Below, in pieces: positions 1 to 8,436 of a stretch of DNA of 53,958 bases. The position numbers and the translations under genes are program-made. Origin of the DNA: Minisyncoccota bacterium (GTDB taxonomy: Bacteria > Patescibacteriota > Minisyncoccia > Phycocordibacterales > PALSA-1337); NCBI GenBank assembly GCA_035495115.1, contig DATJGJ010000014.1, forward strand, positions 1 through 53,958, read 5' to 3'. The notes under the pieces are model-generated. The model had not been told where the DNA came from and made no database searches. It saw nothing but the letters and a program-made list of their open reading frames with translations. Each line of letters begins with the position of its first letter. Position 1 is the stretch's first letter.

Positions 1-2
1 TC

Positions 3-71
3 GAATGGTTCGATGGAAAAAAGTGGTCAGATGATCTCGAAGAAGTGAAGAAAATACTCGTGAAGAAATAG
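3..71 (+). CDS. 3' end of an unidentified ORF entering the window (...EWFDGKKWSDDLEEVKKILVKK*)
   Basis: Open frame from position 3 to TAG at 69-71, followed by the -10 box of the next gene. Confidence 0.5.
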   Translation, partial: EWFDGKKWSDDLEEVKKILVKK

Positions 72-94
72 GCGGTATCTGCTAATATAACCCT

Positions 95-1489
95 ATGAAT
101 CTTCCTAAACACGTCCACGTCATCGGCATCTGCGGCGTAGCGACCAGCGCGCTCGCTATCGCTTTTCATAAGGCTGGCGTCAAAGTGACCGGCTCAGATA
201 AAGGGTTCTTTCCTCCGGTTTCGACTGAGCTTGAGAAACAAGGGATTACCTTCTACGCCGGTTGGCACCCTGAGAAAATGGTAGCAGATGGTATCCCTGA
301 TCTCGTAGTCATTACCACTGCTTCAGGCACGCAAAATCCCGAAACAATATACGCGAGAGAAAATAATATCCCATCTCTCGGATATACCGAAGTATTCGGC
401 AAGTATTTCATAAAAGAAAAATCAATCGTATGCACTGGCACCTGGGGCAAAACATCATCGAGCGCCCTCTTGTCACACATATTAGAGCAAGCGCACCTAG
501 ATCCAAGCTACATGTTCGGAGGCGTATCCTTATCGCACGAATCATCCGCAAAGATAACCGATAGCGAATGGAGCGTCTTTGAAGGAGATGAATACAAGAG
601 CTCGCCTACAGATCCCACCGCAAAATTCTTTTACTATAAACCAACCCATCTTTTGCTCAGTGCCATATCTTGGGACCATGCCGATCTATACCCAACGGAA
701 GAAAGCTATTTTGACGCATTCAAAAAACTAACTTCTAACATTCCTGAGACTGGGCTGATCGTTGCCAATATGCAACATACTGGGGTTGAAAAGACTCTCC
801 GTGGCTCTACAAAGAAAATCGTCTCCTATGGCTTAATCGGCAGCGATTATTCATATTCAGATATATCACAAACAAAAGATGGGTTGTCTTTTGTGATCAC
901 TCATGCGGAAAAAACGTACAAAATCACTTCGCCGATGCTTGGCTCATTCCAGGCAGAAAATATCACTGGGTGTTTTGCTATGGCACATAACATTGGCATC
1001 ACACCAGAAAAAATAATATCGTCAATCGCAACATTTGCCGGCCTCAAGCGCCGTCTAGAAAAAAGAGTGTCCGGTGATATCACTGTTTTCGACGACATCG
1101 CTCACTCTCCAGAAAAGGCCTCTTCAGTCTTAAAAAACCTTCGCGAAATATATACTGGAAAAATTATCGCAATATTTGAACCAAATATTGGCGGACGAGA
1201 ACGTGAATCGGCTTACAAATACGACAATGCCTTTAAAGATGCAGATACGGTTGTCATTCCTCGTCTAACTAAACTCAAAGTCGCAGAAAATGCCGTTGAA
1301 GTACCCATGGATGGAAAAGAGTTATCGGAGACTATTCAGAAGACCCATAAAAACATCAATTACATGGAAGACGACTCTGCTCTCGTCGATTTTCTCGTTG
1401 CAACAGCAAAAAAAGACGACTGTATCGTCTTTCTTGGGTCACATGGTTTCAGAGGAATGATTGAGGAAACAGTAAAGAAGCTCAGCTAG
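95..1489 (+). CDS. Mur ligase, Mpl/MurC-like
   Basis: N-terminal GICGVAT Rossmann motif, GSD, P-loop GTWGKTS, EGDEY, WDHADLY, DDIAHSP; several substrate-pocket residues are non-canonical. Confidence 0.85.
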   Translation: MNLPKHVHVIGICGVATSALAIAFHKAGVKVTGSDKGFFPPVSTELEKQGITFYAGWHPEKMVADGIPDLVVITTASGTQNPETIYARENNIPSLGYTEVFGKYFIKEKSIVCTGTWGKTSSSALLSHILEQAHLDPSYMFGGVSLSHESSAKITDSEWSVFEGDEYKSSPTDPTAKFFYYKPTHLLLSAISWDHADLYPTEESYFDAFKKLTSNIPETGLIVANMQHTGVEKTLRGSTKKIVSYGLIGSDYSYSDISQTKDGLSFVITHAEKTYKITSPMLGSFQAENITGCFAMAHNIGITPEKIISSIATFAGLKRRLEKRVSGDITVFDDIAHSPEKASSVLKNLREIYTGKIIAIFEPNIGGRERESAYKYDNAFKDADTVVIPRLTKLKVAENAVEVPMDGKELSETIQKTHKNINYMEDDSALVDFLVATAKKDDCIVFLGSHGFRGMIEETVKKLS

Positions 1490-1491
1490 GC

Positions 1492-1665
1492 TTATTTTCC
1501 CTCATCTACAATTTCCGCCTTTACTTCGCCATTATCAGCAATCTCTTTGATAGCAAGCGTCATACCGCAATGGTTACACTCAACGACCATACCTACTGCA
1601 AGGTTCGGATAGCGCGACAAATCAACGTCATTTTTGCATTCTGGGCACACGAGTTTCGTATTCAT
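1492..1665 (-). CDS. LysW-like zinc-ribbon protein, 57 aa (possible carrier protein), ending in ...DEGK
   Basis: CPECK...VVECNHCGMTLAI pattern resembles LysW; start moved to the ATG at 1665; lacks the EDWGE C-terminus. Confidence 0.65.
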   Translation of the reverse strand: MNTKLVCPECKNDVDLSRYPNLAVGMVVECNHCGMTLAIKEIADNGEVKAEIVDEGK

Positions 1666-1766
1666 AGTTTTTAAATCTTGATGGAACATAGATGATAAAT
1701 ACAGCTTCATGTATTCGAGGCTGTCTTTCCATAGTACTTGAAATACGATAGTATGACAATACTTTC

Positions 1767-2687
1767 ATGCAAACTCCCCTCGAACAATACAGCGACCTGG
1801 CGCAGGCTATCGGCGTCACCGACCTCTATTTCAAGCGCGAAGATCTGAGTCCCTACGGCTCGCACAAAGGCAGATCGATACCGGTTATGATCGAGGTATA
1901 CCGCAACCAAGGAGAAAGCCGTTTCGCCATTTCTTCATCTGGAAATGCAGCTCTCGCTGCTGCTATACACATCCAGAAGCACAACCAAGATAAAGTAGAA
2001 AAAGGGATGCGCGAAGCTGGGGGCGATATCATAGATAATTCGCTGTTACAATTGGATATTTTTGTTGGAAACCATATCTCTGAGCATAAATATAAAAAGC
2101 TCCTCGCATATGCCGATGACAATATACGCATCCTCAAAAAAGAGCGCCCTTTGCAAGCACTTACTCAAGCGATGAATGAAGGTATGCGCAGCCTGCGCCA
2201 ATCGACCGATGATCTCGCTCTCAAAGGATACGAATCGCTCGCCGAAGAACTTAGTCTGATCAAAAACCTCGGAGCAGTATTCATTGGCACCTCATCAGGC
2301 ACGACCGCTCAAGCACTTGCCGCATATTTTCTAAATAATGCTGACTCGAAAATCCCTCAGATACATATAGTGCAAACATCTTCGTGCCACCCACTCTCTG
2401 ATGGACTGAACAGTTATGACGGGCCAGACGAGGTATCAGTCGCCGACGCAATCACCGATATTACCGCTTATAGAAAAAATGACCTCATCCCTCTCATTCA
2501 AAAGACGGGTGGGTCAGGTTGGTTCGCTACCAATGAGAATATTGAAGCCGCAGTCATGCTCACAAAAAAACACACTGGCGTAGATATATCAGCCAACAGC
2601 GCACTTTCTGTCGCCGGTGTAATGCAAGCTGCCTATGCGGGACACAATTTTGATGGACCAGTTGTGTGTCTGATTTGCGGCGAGTAG
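1767..2687 (+). CDS. PLP-dependent fold-type II enzyme (threonine synthase/cysteine synthase-like)
   Basis: LYFKREDLSPYGSHKGR (PLP lysine), SSGNAA, GTSSGTT phosphate loop. Confidence 0.85.
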   Translation: MQTPLEQYSDLAQAIGVTDLYFKREDLSPYGSHKGRSIPVMIEVYRNQGESRFAISSSGNAALAAAIHIQKHNQDKVEKGMREAGGDIIDNSLLQLDIFVGNHISEHKYKKLLAYADDNIRILKKERPLQALTQAMNEGMRSLRQSTDDLALKGYESLAEELSLIKNLGAVFIGTSSGTTAQALAAYFLNNADSKIPQIHIVQTSSCHPLSDGLNSYDGPDEVSVADAITDITAYRKNDLIPLIQKTGGSGWFATNENIEAAVMLTKKHTGVDISANSALSVAGVMQAAYAGHNFDGPVVCLICGE

Positions 2688-4025
2688 CTACAATCCCCTC
2701 ACTGCTCTTACAAATACTTCACCTCGCTCTTTTCTCGACGCTTCAATCCCGCATGCGGCAAATCCAGGACTAAAGAGTATCTTATCTCCTTGTCGCGCAT
2801 TGTCTCGTGCAAGGCGCACTGCTTCAGCGATATCAGGCGCGGAGATGATTTTTATCGTATCGAGCGCATTGAGTAATTTGCGCTCTTTCATAGTACCGCT
2901 CCCCGGCAGCAGAATAACGGTATGAGCGCATTCCGGCAATAATCGATACAGCTCGGTATAATCGCAATCACGATCAGCACCACCGAGAATGAGCACGATA
3001 TTTCGATCCTTTGCTATCGAACGCATGCCCACGATCGTCGATTCGGGCGAAATCGAAGCGGTATCGTTGTAAAATTCAATGTTTTTAATTTTTTTGACGA
3101 GCTCCAGCCTACCTTTGAGCGGCTTCCATTTTTCCATGATCGTCTCTGATACTTCATCAGGTACTTTGAAGAGCTGCGCTGCCTGGAGCGCAAGAGAAGC
3201 ATTGTCTTTGTCATGATTCCATAGACTGCCTCCGTTCAAATCAGCGCCAAATACCCATGATGCGGGGATGATAGATGGTTTAGTGCGCAACATCTTTGCT
3301 TTCGGTTGAAATTTAAATGTATGGATAGCGTCGATGACTTCATCGCTCGCAATGATAAAGTTATTGTACGTCTGATAGGTCAATATCTCGAATGGCGATG
3401 TGCTGTATGATCCTTTCGGTGGCACCGTAGTGAAGATGGCCACGTGAGGACTGACGCGCATCTCGTAGAATTCAGGCATCATCTGTTCGATGATGCGGAT
3501 GAGAGCGATATCGCCGCTTTTTATCTTTTTGAGAGCGACGAGTATGCCGTCGCCTGATTCAGGATCGAGCGTGAACATGCTCTGAGTACCATCTGCATCG
3601 CACGCTGCCTCGAGAAGAGGAGCAAGGAGAGAAGTGACAGTCGTCTTGCCGCATGAGCCGATAACACCGACGACTGTTACTGGTGGTGCAAGCCTGAAAA
3701 AGAGCGTCTCAGGATACTCGATCTGTATGCCCTTTTCCCGAGCCGCCTTGAGAAAGGATGAGTCACGAGGATATTCATGCGAAAGGATGATGAGATCCAT
3801 GTCGAGCAGATCATCAGCTGGTATCGAGCTGCATACATAGTTGGCGAGTCCTACCGAACGGAGGAATACGATATGATTTTTGAGGCGCGCTTCGCTTCGA
3901 AGATCATAGACTGAGACGAGAGCATCGGCTTTTATGAGGAATTTCACATCATCTACCATCTCGCCGTGAGGACCGAGACCTATGACTGCGATGCGCTTTC
4001 CTTGGAAATAGGTTCGGGTGTTCAT
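2688..4025 (-). CDS. MurD-like ligase with degenerate active-site motifs
   Basis: IAVIGLG, EYPETLF, P-loop GSCGKTT, GRLE, FYND, LILGG, LFSPG, ERGEVF. Confidence 0.75.
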   Translation of the reverse strand: MNTRTYFQGKRIAVIGLGPHGEMVDDVKFLIKADALVSVYDLRSEARLKNHIVFLRSVGLANYVCSSIPADDLLDMDLIILSHEYPRDSSFLKAAREKGIQIEYPETLFFRLAPPVTVVGVIGSCGKTTVTSLLAPLLEAACDADGTQSMFTLDPESGDGILVALKKIKSGDIALIRIIEQMMPEFYEMRVSPHVAIFTTVPPKGSYSTSPFEILTYQTYNNFIIASDEVIDAIHTFKFQPKAKMLRTKPSIIPASWVFGADLNGGSLWNHDKDNASLALQAAQLFKVPDEVSETIMEKWKPLKGRLELVKKIKNIEFYNDTASISPESTIVGMRSIAKDRNIVLILGGADRDCDYTELYRLLPECAHTVILLPGSGTMKERKLLNALDTIKIISAPDIAEAVRLARDNARQGDKILFSPGFAACGIEASRKERGEVFVRAVRGL

Positions 4026-4083
4026 GGGGGTATTATAGCGTCAAGCGAACCTCTATGACAATTTATTGGCATAAGAGGCGAGC

Positions 4084-4113
4084 GCCGACGATATATGAAC
4101 TTAGTGAATATGG
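4084..4113. repeat. 30-nt dispersed repeat, copy 1 (copy 2 at 33462-33491)
   Basis: gccgacgatatatgaacttagtgaatatgg vs gcagacgatatatgagcgcagcgaatatag, 24/30 identical. Confidence 0.6.
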
Positions 4114-4142
4114 TGGCAAGTAAGACAAACTTTTATAACAAT

Positions 4143-4173
4143 AAAAAAGAGACCCCAGTAAAGAGGTCTCTTT
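4143..4173 (-). terminator. Rho-independent terminator after the 4193-5584 gene
   Basis: aaagagacc/ggtctcttt stem with a U-run on the minus strand. Confidence 0.65.
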
Positions 4174-4192
4174 GTGAAAGAAATGCTGCGAA

Positions 4193-5584
4193 TTACTTCG
4201 CGACAGTTTCCTGTGCTTCGTGAGACGGAGCCGTTGCTGGCGTAGGTTCAAAAGTTAGCCCCATAGTCGCATCCGGCTTTTGGGCCTGAGCCTCTTCTTG
4301 TGCCTTCTTGAACCCTTCCGGATTGATGATGATGTGACGCTCACTGCACCACATCTTGACATACCGCGGGTGCAGGCTGTATTTAATGGCCTTCACGATC
4401 GCATCAACCGGGAGCTGTGTCGGCGGAGCCGATATGGTCTGACTACCGTTGAACAGCTGTTCACCCTTCTTGAAGTAATACCAGTGCGCCAGGCTCGAGT
4501 GAGCATGAGCACCAGGAACACCAAGATCGAACCAGCTGACCGAACCCTTCGCTTTGACCGGCAACTCGAGCCAACGAATCATCCGAACCGCATTCGAGAG
4601 GTTGAGGCCTGGGATCCGCGTATCAACGCAGACCATAACATTACCCTTCGTATTACGGACAACGACGATGTCAGCACCGGCATACCGAGCCGCACGATGA
4701 GCCTGGAGGTTGTCGCTTTCGACGACCATGAGCTTGATCCAACGATCTTTGCCGCGCTGGTCGATCATGATCACCTCCACCATCTTTTTACCCTTGAACT
4801 GGTCAACGAGTTTCCAGAACTCGATCTGATCACCTGACATCTGAATGAGCGGCGTTTCGAGCCAGCTCATAATGTCGCTTCCAGAGCGAGAGAAGTGATA
4901 GAGCGCTTTCACGATGTAGCCGAGCTCAGTCACGCGCCCTTCCGATGCCTTCATGCTCTCATGCATGATCCGGAACATGTGCTCGCGAACCCGCTTGTCT
5001 GCACTAAAGTGCGATTTCAGGTATTGCTCGTCAACGTCCATCAGTTTGAGATGGTCAATCAACGTCTTTTCGCCAGGAACGCCGGCGAAATGATACTGCT
5101 GGTCCCAGATGATGGCTTGGATCGCAAGCATCGCCCATTTGATGACCCCTTGATCATTACCCTTCATCGAACGATTGCACACCTTGACTAGGTCAGCCAA
5201 TTGCGTTGGCGAGCACCCTGCCTTGGTATCGCATTCGAGGACTTCAGCGATGAGCTGTTTGATTTCATTCGGCACACAGTCAGGCCAGAGGAATGCAGCA
5301 ACGAGGGTCGTTGCACATTGTCCCTTGATTCGTTCGATGCCCGAGCGATGCTCATTGAAACGACAATTTTCACCGCAACCGATCGGCAGGATGCCGTTAC
5401 GGTCATGTTCTTCTTCGGATCCCGAGATGTCCTTATCCACGAAGCGGATATAGGCGTTGAGTCCGCCATAGACCATCAGGAGATAATACGCCAGGATTTC
5501 ATCGAGATGAGGCGATTTATGCATCACTACCATCTTGATTCCCGCGATCAGTTTAGCCGACTTTTCATTCAGTGTTATTTTCAC
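4193..5584 (-). CDS. Hypothetical protein, possible MYG1/DHH-like metal-dependent phosphoesterase fold
   Basis: N-terminal HKSPHLDE, IGCG..RFNEH, CATTLV; GTG start; 463 aa open frame. Confidence 0.5.
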   Translation of the reverse strand: MKITLNEKSAKLIAGIKMVVMHKSPHLDEILAYYLLMVYGGLNAYIRFVDKDISGSEEEHDRNGILPIGCGENCRFNEHRSGIERIKGQCATTLVAAFLWPDCVPNEIKQLIAEVLECDTKAGCSPTQLADLVKVCNRSMKGNDQGVIKWAMLAIQAIIWDQQYHFAGVPGEKTLIDHLKLMDVDEQYLKSHFSADKRVREHMFRIMHESMKASEGRVTELGYIVKALYHFSRSGSDIMSWLETPLIQMSGDQIEFWKLVDQFKGKKMVEVIMIDQRGKDRWIKLMVVESDNLQAHRAARYAGADIVVVRNTKGNVMVCVDTRIPGLNLSNAVRMIRWLELPVKAKGSVSWFDLGVPGAHAHSSLAHWYYFKKGEQLFNGSQTISAPPTQLPVDAIVKAIKYSLHPRYVKMWCSERHIIINPEGFKKAQEEAQAQKPDATMGLTFEPTPATAPSHEAQETVAK

Positions 5585-5689
5585 AACGAGCCTTTCTACA
5601 TGGAGCCAGTAAGCTCCGGTTTTGATGTTTATAGCCGTCCGTTCTCACGTTTTTAAAGAACATTCAGCTAGGCAGTATTATACCATAAA

Positions 5690-6007
5690 TCAGCTTAAAG
5701 TCAATATCTTTTTAACCTTAATGAGCTCCTGCAAAATAGCCTGTAATTTAAGCTCTTCTTCGGGTGAGAATGATTTTTCAGCTATAAATTGGCCCATTTT
5801 TCTCATAAACAGCCCGTAGAGGTCATTGTAGTATTCATTCACTATTTTCCTGTTTTCAGGCTTATCTAAATCGTGAATCTGCTCGCTTCTCGGCTTATCG
5901 AATACCCTCATAATCTCTGTGGGGCGTTGTACCCCTTCATAGGTAACGCTCTCGTGATACAAAATACCATCAAGCGATGGTGATGTGATGCTATAGTCTC
6001 GATACAT
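5690..6007 (-). CDS. Hypothetical protein, 105 aa
   Basis: ORF fills the gap downstream of radC on the same strand; protein-like composition. Confidence 0.55.
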   Translation of the reverse strand: MYRDYSITSPSLDGILYHESVTYEGVQRPTEIMRVFDKPRSEQIHDLDKPENRKIVNEYYNDLYGLFMRKMGQFIAEKSFSPEEELKLQAILQELIKVKKILTLS

Positions 6008-6040
6008 TGTAAGTGCGCATATTAACGTATGCGCTGCGTG

Positions 6041-6781
6041 TTAGTACTCGGCTTTGACGCTCGCAAAGCCGTCTCTAGTGATGATGACATGATCAAGGAC
6101 GCGGATACCGAGGATCTTGCCAGCATGGATGAGCTGCTTGGTAATCTCTTCGTCTTCGTGGGATGGGATAGCTTCTCCGGATGGATGATTGTGCGCGATG
6201 ATGACCGCTACGGCGTTTGACTCTATGCCTGAGCGGAAGACTTCGCGCGGATGGACGATATTGGAATTGACGGTGCCGATAGAGATGACTTCGTCGCGAA
6301 TGACGCGGTTGTGTGTGTTGAGGAAAAGCGCGCGCAAATACTCCTTTGGGAGGCCACGCATATCAGCGAGATATTCATAGACGTCTCGGGCATTGCGAAT
6401 AGTCTTGAAACCGGACTCCTTTTTGTCATAGGTGCGGCGACCGAGCTCCCCGAGAGCTACGATTTGCATCGCTTTACCTATAGGAATGTTCGCTTCATCT
6501 GCGAGCTTTTGGGCGTCGCGTTCGGTGAGAACGCTGTTTTCGCCATAGCCGCGGATGAGGCGCTCTGACATTTCAAGAACGTCTTCTTTGACGGTACCGA
6601 CATGCAAAACGATCGCCAAGAGCTCACGCGAAGAAAGAGCTTCTGGGCCTTGTGCCAAAAGTTTTTCGCGTGGCTTCCCTTCCGGAGGCAGATCTCTAAG
6701 AAGGAGAGGATACTCACCTCCATAGGGAGACCGGTCGAGAATCATCGTCGTATCTGGGATGATGTAGCTGCTTTTTTGCAT
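6041..6781 (-). CDS. radC: RadC family JAB/MPN-domain protein
   Basis: KPREKLLAQGPEALSSRELLAI, VHPREVF, HNHPSG..PS..D, LDHVII. Confidence 0.93.
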   Translation of the reverse strand: MQKSSYIIPDTTMILDRSPYGGEYPLLLRDLPPEGKPREKLLAQGPEALSSRELLAIVLHVGTVKEDVLEMSERLIRGYGENSVLTERDAQKLADEANIPIGKAMQIVALGELGRRTYDKKESGFKTIRNARDVYEYLADMRGLPKEYLRALFLNTHNRVIRDEVISIGTVNSNIVHPREVFRSGIESNAVAVIIAHNHPSGEAIPSHEDEEITKQLIHAGKILGIRVLDHVIITRDGFASVKAEY

Positions 6782-6822
6782 GGGAATATTTTACCATCCA
6801 CCATTTTATTTTGGCAATTGTG

Positions 6823-6858
6823 AACAAAAAGCACCAACTTTCGCCGGTGCCTTTTGTT
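6823..6858 (-). terminator. Terminator after pyk
   Basis: aacaaaaagcacc/ggtgccttttgtt inverted repeat. Confidence 0.55.
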
Positions 6859-6898
6859 TACTTGAACCTTTCTGCCTTTTGACCTTTCTCCTTGTTTC

Positions 6899-8326
6899 TT
6901 AAAGTGTCTCAACCAAGATAAGGTTCGTATCCTTTGATCCACCGAATGGGAAGCCCCAGACGATGACCACTTTCTCCCCCTTCTTTGCGAGCTTGTTCTT
7001 GAAAGCAACTTCACGGACGACGACCATAGCCTCCTCTACTGTCTTGAACGTAGGAGTCTCGATAGGCTGACAACCGAATGAAAGCGCGAGCTTATTCAAG
7101 TGCTTTGCAGTATCTGACATGACGAGAACGTGCTCCGCTGGACGATAACGAGCGATCATGCGCGCCGTGCGACCTGAACGAGTCATAGCGACGATGAATG
7201 ATGCATTGCTATCATGAGCGATACGAACTGCTGCCTGAGAGATGACATCAGTGTCACCGTGAGCTTCGACATGGTCAACCATAGTCTCACATGAGCATGA
7301 GTCCTGCTCCACACGGAGAGCAATCTTGGTCATCATTTTGACAGCCTCAACTGGGTACTCGCCGAGAGTAGTTTCCTCTGAGAGCATGATAGCGTCTGTG
7401 CCGTCTTTGATAGCATTGGCGACATCTGAAACTTCAGCACGAGTAGGGATCGGACTCTTGATCATAGACTCGAGCATCTGTGTAGCGACGATGACTGGCT
7501 TGCCGGCTTCGATACATGCGTCGATCATGCGCTTTTGAGCGATAGGTACTTCTTCTGCTGGGATCTCGATGGCGAGGTCGCCGCGGGCAACCATGATACC
7601 ATCAGCTGCTTCGACGATAGCGTCGAGGCATGAAAGAGCCTGAGGAGTCTCGATCTTTGCAATGATGCGCGCATCTGACTTTGCTTTCTTCAATATAGCG
7701 CGAAGCTCATGGATGTCTTCTGGACGGCGAACGAATGAGAGAGCGAAGAAGTCGACTTTGTTCTTGAGACCGAACTCGAGGTCCTTGCGATCTTTTGCGG
7801 TGAGAGCATGGATAGTGAGCTCAGCATCAGGAAGGTTGACGCCTTTCTTGTTGCCGAGAGGACCACCGACGATAACCTTACATACGATATCGTTGCCCTT
7901 CACTTTGGTGATAACGAGGCGCTTCTTGCCATCGTGGACCATGATCGTACCACCAACCTTCACTTCACTTGGAAGCTTTGGGTAGTTGATATAAACACGG
8001 TGCTCATCGCCAGAAGTCTTCTCAGATTCGTTGGTAGTGAGAGTGAATGTCTGACCTTCTTTGAGGACGATACCCTTTTCATCCTTGAACATACCGATAC
8101 GGATCTTTGGGCCGCCGAGGTCTTGGAGGATAGCGACAGGCTTGTCGAGCTTCTTCATAACAGTGCGAAGATTGTCGACGCGACCTTGGTGCTCAGCAAA
8201 ATCTCCGTGCGAGAAGTTGAGACGCATCACGTTCATGCCGGCATTGACGAGCGCTTCGAGCTTTTCGACTGTCTCTGTAGCGGGACCGATAGTACATACG
8301 ATCTTTGTTTTCTTTCCGAGGTTCAT
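6899..8326 (-). CDS. pyk: Pyruvate kinase
   Basis: KTKIVCTIGPA, RLNFSHG, DLGGPKIR, AKIET, MVARGDL, ATQMLESM, PTRAEVSDVANA; real start is the ATG at 8326. Confidence 0.97.
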   Translation of the reverse strand: MNLGKKTKIVCTIGPATETVEKLEALVNAGMNVMRLNFSHGDFAEHQGRVDNLRTVMKKLDKPVAILQDLGGPKIRIGMFKDEKGIVLKEGQTFTLTTNESEKTSGDEHRVYINYPKLPSEVKVGGTIMVHDGKKRLVITKVKGNDIVCKVIVGGPLGNKKGVNLPDAELTIHALTAKDRKDLEFGLKNKVDFFALSFVRRPEDIHELRAILKKAKSDARIIAKIETPQALSCLDAIVEAADGIMVARGDLAIEIPAEEVPIAQKRMIDACIEAGKPVIVATQMLESMIKSPIPTRAEVSDVANAIKDGTDAIMLSEETTLGEYPVEAVKMMTKIALRVEQDSCSCETMVDHVEAHGDTDVISQAAVRIAHDSNASFIVAMTRSGRTARMIARYRPAEHVLVMSDTAKHLNKLALSFGCQPIETPTFKTVEEAMVVVREVAFKNKLAKKGEKVVIVWGFPFGGSKDTNLILVETL

Positions 8327-8436
8327 AGGATAAAGGGGTTGATTAGGGTTGTTTTTTATAATAAATAACGAGGTTCTATCATACGGAAAATGGCTCTGAA
8401 AGTCAAAGCCATTCCACGACGCCCCAATTACGAAGA

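Noticed and set aside
1990-2050. GCGAAGC inside the PLP-enzyme gene as another in-frame element
   Set aside because: No convincing flanking IR; a single 7-mer is expected by chance
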